DNA of 64,000 nt from positions 2,480,001 through 2,544,000 of the forward strand of contig SMSO01000032.1 of the NCBI GenBank assembly GCA_004764695.1, in the 5' to 3' direction. Position numbers and translations under genes: made by a program. This DNA comes from Schizochytrium sp. TIO01. Taxonomy: Eukaryota > Protista > Bigyra: Labyrinthulomycetes. Position 1 is the first letter of the stretch; each line of letters begins with the position of its first letter. A model generated the notes under the pieces. The model did not search any database. It saw only the letters and a program-made list of their open reading frames with translations, and had not been told where the DNA came from. Below, in pieces: positions 12,853-25,200 of the stretch.

Positions 12853-14391
12853 CTAATTTTTGGTGAAAGTGGGTGAAGATCTAAACATGCGAAGAAAACT
12901 TAAGTAAGCAGGAGACTCCTCACAGAGAAGATCGTGGTGCGATGCAAGACTTTGCAAATAAGCCTCAAGTTCTACTCGACGGCGTTCGACGCCAACATTT
13001 GATAGTTTGTGGCCAAGAAAAGTTTTATCTGGAAATTCCAATAATTTGAGCCGGCAATAGTTTGACAACTGTTGGTCGATCTCTTTGTGCCAAACGCGCA
13101 GCTCACTATAGCGGAGATGGAGAGCATGCGTATGATTATATACAACACAATAACGGACAATGCTACGATCATCGATGTCACGCGTTGCATGGGTGATCTT
13201 AAAGTGGGCCCTTGGAACATGCTGGTCGAGTTCAAAAGGCAATTTATTGCGGCGAAAAGGTTGCTTTAGTGGTGGCAACCCATGAATTTCTTCTGGTGAG
13301 ACACCTGCTGTGAGAAGACGATGTTTCAAGTTGGGATGCGGCATCGCTGGAATTACTTTCGCGACAGTTGGCAGTTGCTTGCAAATAAAGCGAGAATACA
13401 GCACACCACTTTGGTCCACAACAGGAAGAAGAGAGATTAATGGTACAAGGTTGTCAAGAACTTTTAATGTCGCTCCAATGTCCATATATGGGAGATACTT
13501 GACTAGAATATGGAGATGTGGCAGCAAGATATCCAAATGTACTGCTATCTTTTCTATATGAGGAGCAATCTCAGGGAGAAAAGGCAGGATGTCCTCCACA
13601 TAGTTGAGTGATGCGTCCCAACCACGCACTCGCAAAATAAGAATTAACTTGTCTATATATGGGGCCATCTCGTCCACATGGGCCAAGAGCATATCTGCAT
13701 GAGCCAATAAAATCCTGGAGTGGGGTGCAAGTTCGTGAATATACGGCGCCAATAGATCCAAATGGCGACAGAGTTCTTTGTTGTACGGAAGCAGCTCGGG
13801 AAGTACCGGTAGCAGGTACTCCTTCTCTTTCATGATGGAGTCCACCAAAGGCACGAGACGATTAATCTCCGGAAGTAGGTCAAACGTGTACGGCAACATT
13901 GTTGGAGCATAAGGCAGAAGGTCTGGAAAGTACGGCCAAACCCGTTGAACATTTCGAAGCTGTTTCCGAGCCCATTTTATAATTTTCGGCCATGGCGCAT
14001 TCCATAAAATCCAGGTGCAGAGAATTGCTGCTGAGGCCCAGGCGAAGTTATGTATAAATTGGATACCCAGTCTCCAGTATCTCTTGCTCGATGTCAATTT
14101 GCATAAGCTCCCATACAAGCTTTCATCTACAGTATATTCTTCAACAACTCCTTTGCATGCATCTGCACCGAGTCCAACGTTGTGCGGGTGGTGTTGGTCA
14201 GCAGCAGAATCACAAAAGTACAGAGAGACGTAATACTGCTGTTCTCCACTGTTGTCTTCCTCGTCATCGGTCCTGAGTTGCCCAATCGCAAGCCCTAGGG
14301 CCGCCATCAAAGCCGCAGCGAGAGCTGCATTCTCGAGTGGGCGCACAAGCTTGGTCTTGAGGTGGCACAAGCCGCAGTCGCTCTGCAGCAT
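12853..14391 (-). CDS. PX-domain membrane protein with two N-terminal hydrophobic segments and a central Leu-Pro heptad repeat
   Basis: 512-aa ORF. The C-terminal PX signature is LRYSELRVWHKEI...LEFPDKTFLG...VERRRVELEAYLQSL...YLSFL. Hydrophobic stretches are AALAAALMAALGLAIG and FAWASAAILCTWILW. Confidence 0.85.
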   Translation of the reverse strand: MLQSDCGLCHLKTKLVRPLENAALAAALMAALGLAIGQLRTDDEEDNSGEQQYYVSLYFCDSAADQHHPHNVGLGADACKGVVEEYTVDESLYGSLCKLTSSKRYWRLGIQFIHNFAWASAAILCTWILWNAPWPKIIKWARKQLRNVQRVWPYFPDLLPYAPTMLPYTFDLLPEINRLVPLVDSIMKEKEYLLPVLPELLPYNKELCRHLDLLAPYIHELAPHSRILLAHADMLLAHVDEMAPYIDKLILILRVRGWDASLNYVEDILPFLPEIAPHIEKIAVHLDILLPHLHILVKYLPYMDIGATLKVLDNLVPLISLLPVVDQSGVLYSRFICKQLPTVAKVIPAMPHPNLKHRLLTAGVSPEEIHGLPPLKQPFRRNKLPFELDQHVPRAHFKITHATRDIDDRSIVRYCVVYNHTHALHLRYSELRVWHKEIDQQLSNYCRLKLLEFPDKTFLGHKLSNVGVERRRVELEAYLQSLASHHDLLCEESPAYLSFLRMFRSSPTFTKN

Positions 14392-15387
14392 GGCTCCAGC
14401 GAACCAGTCTATCTGTAGCGAACTGAGCTTCGAAGAAACTACAAAACACTAACGAATCAGGGAAAAGCACGACTTGAACAAAAGAAGCGCAACAAAAACA
14501 AAACACCCAAGAATAACACAAACAGAGATTATGGAAAGGGACCAGGGCGGACTTGTCTTGTTGCCCACGAGCACTCCCTCGATAGGATATATGTTTCACA
14601 GATTTAGGCCAACCTTGAGGTTATTCAAAGTTGGTCGAACTAGGAACTGAGACTGCGACGAATATGAGAAGCTATAGCAGAGAGTCAGCGAAGCGGTGCT
14701 GGCGTTCCCTAAGGACTCTTCGAAGAAGGCCCCACGAGGAACAATTACAATTCCATGCACAGAAAACTGAACGAGAGAGAAACAAACCCACGGGCCTCTC
14801 CCAGCTTGGGCCTCAGGACATCAAGAAAGACACCATGATCACGATGGACTCGCAATACAAAAGAGCACGAGGAGTCTTTCCATCGTGGTAGGGCACTAGG
14901 TGCTTAGCTACCTATCTACCTACCTATCTATATAGATGCCTTCATCAGAGCTATTGAAGAGGAAATGAAAGAACTTAGGACCTATCGAGGTATAGCCAAC
15001 TCGAAAGAGCATAGTTTGAGTCCATGAACTTGAACGCTGGTGCCCACATTCGATTTATCGATGGATAGTTCACGATATGCGAAGACAGTGAGTACGCGTG
15101 TACTGTGAAGGATCACAAACCTGTTGCGAAGCAAAGGACGTATTGAATAAGAAAGCAGTGAGATGACAAAAGGCTGGCTTTCCGATTGAGAAAGTCATTG
15201 AGAAAAGCAAGCACAGCCAAAGTTCGCAGTGTCCTTTCAACTTGATATCAAGGCACCTCGACGGTTCGAGGTGTTACGAGCTAGAAACAAAACCCTCTGG
15301 AGGCGCGTTGGAGCTCACAGCGCTTTACTTGAAAAATATTCTTTCGAGCAGCGTAGAGAGAGCTGACGAAAGCTTTTCGTAGTCAAG

Positions 15388-16110
15388 ATGGGCGTCTTTC
15401 AGCTGGTCTCAGAGTCCGCGATGGTGCGCTTTGTAGCGGCTGTTGTGGGCGGGGCTCTACTTGGCCTGATTCTCTCTTTTGTAGTGAACTGCACCCTCGT
15501 GGAAATCAGCTTGAACCCTCTATTTGCTTGGTACTTTGGGTTCCTCTTTTTAGTGGTTGGAGGGGTAATTATTTTCAGGGTCAGCAGGCATGTTCAAACT
15601 TGGCGTCGCATAGTACTTTACGCCTTTTCAGGCACCGTGGTCACTGCAGGTATTCTGTGCCTTATGTTTAGTCCTCGATGGATTTTCACGCTGCCGAAGT
15701 TTGCCAAGATTCTGGTCTATGGCGTGCTAGGAATCTCTTCATGTTTTGCAATAACCTTTTCCTTGCTGGACCTTCTTAACTTTTGCTTTTTGCATTGCAT
15801 GAACCCTGATACCCCTGCGCTTATTGAGTCTATACAGCAAGTGAACCTAATTATGGCCACCTCGGCTGTCATGGGCCTGGGCTACGGCGTTTTCTTTGGC
15901 CTCTTGGATGTTGGCAAGCGAGCCGATACTTCTTCGGATCTACGGCACCAACTTCTTCACGAGGAGATGTTCTGCGTCCCACTTGGAATCGTCGTTGGAG
16001 CTCTAGGTGCTGCAGCGAATGAGTACATTCGTAACCGTGAGATCACACGTGCTGACTATAAGTACAGCCCAATCTTCAATGATGATGAAGATGATGACAA
16101 CCTTATATGA
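15388..16110 (+). CDS. Multipass (about 6 TM) membrane protein of unknown function with C-terminal endolysosomal sorting signals
   Basis: 240-aa ORF with repeated ~20-aa hydrophobic helices and a VNCTLVEISL segment. The tail YSPIFNDDEDDDNLI contains YxxPhi and acidic dileucine-type motifs. Confidence 0.85.
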   Translation: MGVFQLVSESAMVRFVAAVVGGALLGLILSFVVNCTLVEISLNPLFAWYFGFLFLVVGGVIIFRVSRHVQTWRRIVLYAFSGTVVTAGILCLMFSPRWIFTLPKFAKILVYGVLGISSCFAITFSLLDLLNFCFLHCMNPDTPALIESIQQVNLIMATSAVMGLGYGVFFGLLDVGKRADTSSDLRHQLLHEEMFCVPLGIVVGALGAAANEYIRNREITRADYKYSPIFNDDEDDDNLI

Positions 16111-17554
16111 ATATAATGAGCCCATCTTGTGTTGTCACCTGATTTCTTTGTCAGCCTAGAGAATAGGCATTCTTAGATAGTATTGAAGCTGTAAAATATT
16201 TACTCGTTGAACTTCCCTTTCTTGATATTTCTTTTCAATATGAGACCTCACCCTTTTACATGGCTTCGTGGATTAAATTGCTTGACACGAGGAAATCAAA
16301 GATGGCTGTATAGGCGGTTTGCAGTCAACGAACCCAGTAGTACTCGAAACGTTCTGTGTCTGAAACGCATACATCATTAAGTGTCATGATCCAAATTTAT
16401 ATTCCCGACGAGGCGCACCGTCCATCTGACGACTTCTCGCACCTGTCGTGCTGGAATGCTTTTTTGTTTTGTTTTTCTAACACTAACTTTTACTTTGAAC
16501 TTCAGCAGACTGTGCAATTTCAAATGAAGCTTAGTTTCATAGATGGTGAAGAATTGCACCCGCGAAGATGGCGACACCTTCAGACCAATGCTATAAGTCT
16601 GATCTTTGAAAGCATGTTTGATAACTATTCAAGAAATCATATAACTGTGTTTTCGAGGTTTTGTACCCAGGAGAAGAAGGAGAAAGCAGCAGTTTGCAGA
16701 GACGACAGAAGCTAATTTTGTTTTTCTTAGCAGAGGAAAGATACCCACAAATTCAACAAGCTAGCACAAACACGAACAAAACTGCGTGCTCCCACCGAGA
16801 CGGTCTGTCACATAGTCTCATTCCTATTGAGAAGCCCTCAAGTGAGCCATGTCTGCATATTTTTTTCGCCAAAGCTAGACGGGAGTTGTGTGCGATAAAG
16901 AGTTGACAGAAAAGTCTCCGTATGGACTTGAGTAAACTTGTTTATCCCACTTTCTCAAATACTCTGAAACATCAGGCCATATGAAGCTTTCGTGGAACTA
17001 AGTTAAACTTACTGCACGACACCTGTTCATCAGTTTCTTTTCCATTTTAGCTTCTTGGAAATAGATACATGAATCTTTCTTTATAATAAGTTGTACGTAA
17101 TTGTTTGACAAGGCTTTTGCATAGTTAGCTAGCATTTTATATGGAGGGTTGAACAACGCAAGAACTTATAATTTGATTTCCGCCCGCAACTTTTTGAACC
17201 TCCTATACGACAAAATATAATGATCTATGCGAGGTATAATGCAACAGGCAAAAAAACGATATTAAGCCAAGGAACCCAAATGTATCACTAAAAATATGAT
17301 GTAGCAAGCTAAAGACTGATACTACCTTAAACATATCTCAGCAGGTTCAGCAACAACATAACTTAGCAAGCGAAATATCGAAACAAAGGTAAGGACATTG
17401 GCTGGTTAGCCGATAGTATTCTCCAATGGCTACAGCACATGAATACAGAAAGAAATAAAATAAAAGAGAATTGGAAAAATAGCATGGGATCTATTCCTAT
17501 TTATATGTCATTCATACGCTACCTCACGAGGGAAGTAGTCTAATATATCACAGG

Positions 17555-18250
17555 TTACAATGAAATATGGAAGCATCGAGTAAATTTTTGCAAGATCTTA
17601 CGATCCTTGCGCCTGCCTTTGCTGTTTGAGCCCCAGCAAGGAGGAACATTTAAATCTACATCGTTATATGTGGAGGGATCATCTTGGGCAAGCATGTGGG
17701 CCCGAGAGCCCCCGGAAAGACGCCGGGTCTGACGCACACGGAGCGCAGCCTCTCTCTCTGGTGCGAGATACAACAGGGTTTGTTTGCCCGAGTCTTCAAT
17801 AAAAGTCTTTGAGCGGGGGATCGCGACGGACCTCCTGGATGACATCATCATTTCTGATTCTGTGTATCCTGGAGATGACGCTGACCTTGAAGCCGAAACT
17901 GTGGGCGCACGCCATGTGCGATCAACACCCGGCGAAAGCACGTCATCAGACTCGACTTGAGGGTACCGCCGGCACACACCAGGGTAACCACGGCTCGAAG
18001 ACGAGTGCATACCAGAATCAACACAACCTGAACGGTAAGCAAGCTGCTGTTTGCGGCTTACAATGTTGTAGTTCTCGTACATTTGATCAGCGTTAGAGGT
18101 AGCATGCGCCCTTCCCTGCCTCAAGCGGTCAAGTTTGCTCGAGCTGATACGGCTACCACGACTGCAATCGCTGTCGCTGCTTTCTCTTGTCTGCAGCGTC
18201 GCTTCCCAGCTGTGCAAAAGCTCTGGGCGCTCATCGATTGTGGCTAACAT
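17555..18250 (-). CDS. Hypothetical Ser/Arg-rich, probably disordered protein (~231 aa)
   Basis: GC-richer open frame flanked by AT-rich DNA. The first true ATG (MLATIDERP) is at 18250; the track start is a GTG. No recognisable domain. Confidence 0.6.
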   Translation of the reverse strand: MLATIDERPELLHSWEATLQTRESSDSDCSRGSRISSSKLDRLRQGRAHATSNADQMYENYNIVSRKQQLAYRSGCVDSGMHSSSSRGYPGVCRRYPQVESDDVLSPGVDRTWRAPTVSASRSASSPGYTESEMMMSSRRSVAIPRSKTFIEDSGKQTLLYLAPEREAALRVRQTRRLSGGSRAHMLAQDDPSTYNDVDLNVPPCWGSNSKGRRKDRKILQKFTRCFHISL

Positions 18251-19851
18251 CCTGCACACGAAGCAACAACAAGAACTCTTGTTGTTTGGACTTCTGGAGT
18301 CTATCTAGTTGTCAAAGATAATAGGCGCAGTCCTCTTCAGGTCCAAGCGCGTGCCGCGAATCTTTCGCAGCAGCTGCAGGCGCTGGAGCCTCGACGTCCA
18401 CTCTCCTCAATGGCGTGCTAGTTGTATTTGGCAGTAACACCGTATGCAAGGTATGTATAATTCCTGGGGACTCTATTGATATTGACGGGACCGACCTGTG
18501 TGGACTAAATTAATTAACTGTGCTGAGCTTATATATGTATGATGACAAACGACCACAGCCTTATGCCGAAGTCTTGTACTGCCGGGGCACAGCGAGTAGC
18601 AGTTGTCGGTGGGCTAGAGCACGACTCGTTCGTATGCAAGTCTTCAGTTGCTTCAATCCACCGCTCACACGAACTCGGGGGGGGGGGGGTTCTATCTACA
18701 ACACGCTGCGATAAAGTTGGTATGTGTACTATTGCAAGCAGCAGCAGCTGGGCACGGCGAGATCGGCGACCACGACCCGAGCTTGGCAGAGGTAAGCAGA
18801 CCGACCTTGGCCAACTACACGGGCTGCAGCGAGGTGCTAGCTCGACCTGGCAGCTGGTTACGTTTCGAGAGAGTTGAGCCGGCAGTGCCTAGACAGTATA
18901 TGAACGAGTTGGCCTTCGCGGGCGGGAGCGGCGCCTCGCGGTTGCCTGTTCTGGGTTTGGCTGCGACTCGAGTTGCGAAGAAACCAAGAAAGGAAGAAGA
19001 AAGTATGAAAGAAGGAAAGAGAGAAAACCAGGATAAAATTACTTTTTGGATGCAGTAACAGGTACCTACGCATTTGTAGTAGTCAATCGACATGCTTCGA
19101 ACATGGGTGATTCGCCACAGTAATCATCCTACTGATTAAGCTAGATGGTCCTACCAGAACTTCCAGTTTTACTTTATTTAATTTAAGAACTACTTTTATT
19201 AAATAAAAAAATAATTTATTGTGTTCTTTAGTACTCTCAAACATTTAGTATCATTAAAGAAGGAAACAATTAATTATTATAAATCCCATAAAGTTGGAAG
19301 CCAAAGTGCTACTGTAAAAGGTAGTGGAGGTTACTAGGGGAGAAGGAAGCAGTCGGAACTTGGCATGGTAAATAGGCGATTAGGAGATGTCGATCTGAAG
19401 GATTAAGGAGACCTTTTCATGCTTGGACGACAGCAGCATTAATCACCTCCACAGACGCATCACAAACGCTGATTGACATCCTCCGACCCCGTTTACAGCG
19501 CGTCAGTCATCGTCAAACGATAAAGGGTCAACTTCAATTGCTGTCTCAGTTCACTCTTTTATAAAACCAATTTTCTCTTTTTTTTAACCTTTGCTCTTAT
19601 TTCATGAAAAGAAATAAATAATATCCCACGAGGGCCTCTACCGTTTAAGCTAAGTGCCACGTAGGACTTCACCGGAAGGGGACCAGCGCGAAGGGTGCCC
19701 TTCAGTAGCAGTTAGATAGCTTGTACTAGGAGGAGCAGGCGTCGATCAATGGAAAAGCAGCGAAAGTAAAGGAATGAGAGAGATTGATCAATTAATTCAC
19801 TCTTTTCATTCTTTCTTTCTCAAGTTTGTTTCGCTTTCGTTCGTTCGATCG

Positions 19852-19875
19852 ATCGATCGATCGCGATCGATCGAT
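19852..19875. repeat. 24-bp perfect palindrome ATCGATCGATCGCGATCGATCGAT within a (GATC)n tract
   Basis: Base-by-base self-complementarity centred on 19863/19864. Confidence 0.9.
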
Positions 19876-21879
19876 TCCATGTTTCTTTCTTCGCGGAGAA
19901 CACGAACGCCGCTTCGGAAGCAAGAAACCCACTCGATAAGACTCGGAGGAGGAGCCAAGGAAGCGAAGGGTCCACAGCCGCATCCGTTTGGAGAGAGGGA
20001 TGAGCTAAGTCGAAGAAGCATGAAGAACAAACTAAAGCAAAAGCACGAACGAGAGAATCAATGAGCGAGTGAATCATTCATTCTTTTCTCTTTCCCCTCT
20101 CCTCTTTGGCTTTTCATTCATTGCTATTTTATTCTTTATTCTTTATTCTCTTTTCTTTTCTTTTCTTTTTTAATCATGTATGAACCATAGCTTGAAAGGT
20201 CATCACAGATTTTTAGAAGTAAACGAAGTTCTACTCGCATAAAGAAGAGAGAAAGTCCACAATGGTCCGTCTGTCTGTCTATCTGACTCTCGCGTCTGTC
20301 TATCTTTTGAGACGTGTCCGTCTGTATGGAGACTGAGCTTCGACCATGGAGAAATCGCGAAATGGCAACTCCAGGGACCTGTGAAAAGGAGGGATTGTTG
20401 GAGGCGCCGGGTAAACTTGTGGGCGTCGGGTAACTCCGAGAGGACGCGACCAGTGCAGGTGTGGATGTGCCGAAGCTGGGCAAGAAGCTGCCAGCTTGTG
20501 TAGCTAAGTCGAGGGCAGGTCGGAGTTGGGCTCTCAGCTTTAAACTGCGGGCAAGACTACCCTGAAGAGAGGGCGGCCGCTGTGGGCCTAGCTTCACCGA
20601 TAGCCATAGGCACGGCTACTGTAAACAAGAGGAGTTTCGGTAGGCATCTGCGGGGCACACAATCGTGGCCGCCTCTCGAAGCAGTGAGGGTATTGAGTGC
20701 CTCCTATGTATTAAGGTAGTAGTCGAGGTCAGCGTCGAATTAAACTTTCTTCTCTTCGGGAGACTGCGGGAAGAGAGAAAGAGGGGGGAAGAGAAGGGTT
20801 CTTTCAGAAAATGAGAGAAAAGGATCTGACTTCGCCAGGCCTCGAAAAGTCACGGTTCTCGCGAGAAACCCAAACTCAGCACATAAATAATACATAACGC
20901 AAATAAGAATTCGAGCAGAACCTGTGTCGCTGCGAACCCTTTGCCTCTCCAGGCCTTCTTGAGCTTTCTTCGTGTTCCGCGCGCAGCGCCTCCGTCGAAA
21001 CAGAGACAGTTCAGGCTCCTGCCAGCATCACGAGATTGCCTTTGGTTATCCCAGCGTGGCTCTTGAGATATAGAGATATACATACATATATTTGCCATCG
21101 ATCAATTTGCAAAATACTTCCATTTCATTTGCCTCGGACTGAGAAAGAAATGCAAACCGAAAAAAAAGTATTATTAATTAAAATAATAATAATAATAATA
21201 ATAAATAATAATAAACAGTGCGAGGATAAGACTCTCAAAAGAAGCTTGGAGCAAAGAAGCCCAAAATGAGAAGAAGCCGCCTCAACTCTCTGGACACTGC
21301 ACCCAGGATCGGGAGAGTGCGGCAAAGAGCCGCGATGTACACAAAGACTGCGGTGGGTCGTGGCAGCGGAGAGAGCCCATTAGTCACATGGCCGTGGCCT
21401 GCCAGTATCGATGGATTTAGAATGTCCAGCTTCGGGGACTCTTGGTTTCTTTCTCTTTTCTTCTGCGGTAAGTGCAGTTTACTCATCTACAAATAATTTT
21501 ATGATTTGTTTTGATTAAAATTAAGAAGAATAGGTCATAGTAATGCAATGCTGCGAATGAATGAATGAATGAATGACTGTATTACGTTCACTCCCTCCAT
21601 CGATCTCTCTATGGTCATTTCTTCATCTCTGGTCTATCGACAGAGATAGATTTTAAGGCAGTAGAGTCCATCAGTTTGTAAATCAAAGGCAGCTCTACGT
21701 TTCGCCGGGTTGGTCGCTGAAAATCGCGAGAGCGAGAACAGCACAGCTTTGATTGGTGGATTGATTGATTGATGGATGGATGGATTGGCTGAATGGCTTG
21801 ACTGGCTTACCTTCTCGCGAGATCGATCAGAGCAAGCCAGTCTCGAGAGTCAGAAGGGCAGACTCACGGACTCAAAAGG

Positions 21880-21935
<56 letters not shown>
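21880..21935. repeat. (CAAT)14 microsatellite
   Basis: Perfect tandem array read directly. Confidence 0.95.
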
Positions 21936-21936
<1 letters not shown>

Positions 21937-22178
21937 TGGCATCGGCCTAACCTGAATACATAGGTAGGTATCTACGTGCCTATTGCAAGCATGCCACTCA
22001 CTCACTCGAGTTCTCCTCACTCGTTGTTGCTGTTGTTGCCGCTGCTGTAGATAAATAATTCCGAAGTCCGTCCATCCCCAGAAGAATGGAAATCGAAATG
22101 CAGCTGCACGTTCTTAGCCATGGTGTTGGCCTCCATGAGCAAGCGACACGTTGGAGTTGTTGAAGAAGAAGCAGCTCA

Positions 22179-22226
22179 GAATGAATGAATGAATGAATGA
22201 ATGAATGAATGAATGAATGAATGAAT
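22179..22226. repeat. (GAAT)12 microsatellite
   Basis: Perfect tandem array read directly. Confidence 0.95.
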
Positions 22227-25200
22227 GTCTGTCTTCACTTCGTTCGTGAACCAATGCTGAGCGAGCACACGGACAGATGCCCGGGTAGAAGAAGGTGCCT
22301 ACCGTTGATTTCCTCAGACCTGCAGGTCGTCCGTCGTTTTCTGTGCGGTCTTCATCTCACTTGTGACGGCGATATCGCCTGAGTTGCCTCACTTCGGCAG
22401 AACTGCGACTGAGAATGGCTCAGGTTTGCGGTGCTGCACCTCCTCCATGTTCTCGCTGTGCAACTTGCCAATGCATACAAGACATACACAGAAAAGCAAA
22501 AGTAGGCCCTTGTTTAGGTCACATTTCATGCATCGATTATGCATTGATTGCAAAAGGTGTTGCGCAGTTTTAGGAGACGCGAGGGTTTCAGAGGAGTTCA
22601 CTGCCGAAAGGACCACTGTGACTGTTTTTAAGATAAGCTCGCTCCATCAGCATCGATTTGCTTGCATTGATCGATTGATTATTCATTCATGCGGGTGGGT
22701 TTACAAGACGCCGAGGTCCCAGGAGCTGGGATGGATGGATGGACGTTGGAGCCAGGTCTCGCGAGTCGATTGGAATCAAAGAGCGCACAGGCTAGCTAGC
22801 TGCTGCAAGTCCACCTTCCTGCTGAAGTACCTGCAAAGTCGCAGCTGCGCTGACGTTCTCTCGTCAACAGCTTTTGCAAGCTAGCCTCCGTTTATTCATT
22901 CGCTTCGAGGTTCATCATGACTTGACTTTGAGCGAGTCGTCGATTTATTGATGCCAATGACTACTTCTGGCCACGCACCGAACTAGGCACTAGCACCCAA
23001 ATAGCGCTCCAGGTAGCACCACAGTTCCTCTGTAAAACGAGGGCTGTGAGCCAAAGCAAAGCAGCGGAGATCGATCGCATGATCTCCTTTCGTGAAACTC
23101 CACTGATCGCTCTGAGCTGATGAAAGCTCCCGAATCTTTAAGCCCCGGACCGTCTCGACCACCGGGACCACCAATAAACAGCTCAGCGCAAACCAGAGCC
23201 ACCATCCATGTTTCTGAAAACGCACGAACTGAGCCGGAGAAACCCTCTACTGTAGTATTACTAATACTGCCTCAGCATCTTTAGGCTCTGCTGCCTAATA
23301 CATAGGTACCTGTTTTATGAGCACATTATTATTTTAGTACTTTTTATTAGTTGAAAGCTTGAAGAACTTGAAGGTCTGAACATAAGTTTTATAATGATAT
23401 TTATAAGCAAAGAAAATGTGCAAAACAAAAAACGAAAGCCGCGTCTCGTTCGTGGTTTTCAATCATTTGAGAATCTCCTCCAAACTAGGTTTTCCTTACC
23501 TTCTGGCAGAGCACAACAAAGGGCCAGAACCGCCCGACTCTGTACTCCTGATCAATATAGGTAATATGATAGTGACTTTTATACATAGTTGAGAATTGTT
23601 GTTGGAAATGATGAATATGGAGGGGTAAGAGGCAGTAGGCAGGTGCTACTAGGTCTACCACTACTAATACTACTACTCATACTACTACTACAACAAAAGC
23701 TGGGAGTCGCGCTTAAGTTCATTTGGCGCGATTTCATCGTGGTCGCTGGTCACGCAGTGGACACTGGAGATGCGCGGAGCTGGAGAGGACTGGAGCCCAG
23801 CTAGGCGGTGGCTGGAGCAGGAGTGGACTGGAGCCGTGCAGCCGTGGCATAACTAACGGTCACTGCGATGGGGAAGAAGACTTCGCAAAGCAAGATGGAA
23901 CCTGCGCAGAGCGACTTGTGCACAACTAGTTGACGCATCCATGTATGTATTATGAGATTGTGCACGTGACGGGACAATGAAATGCCCGCTGCTGCGAGCT
24001 AGAAACCTCCTAGGGGAAACTAGCATAAACTTCCGGCACTTGCATTGTACGCGCTAGGAGAGATAGAGCGATCAATAGGCTGATCAACCATCGATGTGAT
24101 CTGAAGGAGGACCTCGAGCTGAGTAACTCAATAACTAACTCAACGACCAATCAACCAAATTCGCCCCTCCAGCACTAGAGCTGAGATTCGCCTGTGCACA
24201 AGCCCCTCCAGATGCCCCACCGAAAGCTTCCAAGCTCCAAATCCAGAGCAGGGCTTGAACGAAGGCGCATGATGAGCTAGTGGGCAAGCAAGTGCTCCTG
24301 GTGGTAATCCGCCTGTTTACGAAAGCCGTCAGCGGCCTTTGCAATCGTGGTCCTTTTGCTTTTGCTTTTGCTTTGTTTGTCATGAATACTTGCTTAAATA
24401 CTGAAAACTGTGACACGATGGAGAGAGTTAGAAAGCGAGAGAGATTTGGAGGGCCATACTCATTAAATTGAATGCCTAGGGGCAATTGGTCTCCACTCTG
24501 TCTGTAATCACGAACACCAACCGCCGAGAAGCTGAGCAGGCATGCTTGTCGAAGAAGCATAGGCGCCACGGCCTGGACGAGGACGTACCGGCCAAGCATA
24601 GGGTACATATATACACCTACATATGCATTAAGCATTATCGACGGCTCGAATCGATCGCCAATTTATTTGTTGACTTTGTTCATTTATTCATTAGTTTGAG
24701 GATGGATTGATTGTCTCCTTGCACGTGCGAACGCGAAGATATATGAAGAGGAGGAGAAAAGAACGCGGTCGAAGAACGGGAAACTATGGATTACCAGGAA
24801 GCGAAGAGCGACGTCACGCGCAGGAAAGAACGAAAGAACGAAAGAATGAAAGACAGGAAACAAACTCTTTGAGGGCAATCTCAACTTCACTTGAGAGAGC
24901 GGACCCTCAAAGCAGTCAGTTCCTGCGGCGCAGCGCGCGTCGTCCTCTCCTCTTCCTGCCAACAGAGGGTCCCCGCTGCCAACCCAGTGTGGGCCCGCAC
25001 CTGTTCAACACTGTGGGCACCTATGCTTGGGCACCTATAGTTTTCCCGAAAGTCTTTGCGGCATGTTTTTATTTAAAAATCAATTTTTTATTTTATTTTT
25101 TTAATTAACTTTAAAATATAGATAATAGTATAAATTCATTCGCTTTTAATGAAACATGTTGCAAAGATCAGAGCAGACGATATCTTCTTCATACCGTATA

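Noticed and set aside
16356-16906. Short ORFs with a CTAAC...CAG acceptor-like signal near 16477-16505
   Set aside because: No matching donor or coherent protein identified.
22983-23225. 80-aa ORF with signal-peptide-like start
   Set aside because: GTG start, no codon bias and no recognisable motif.
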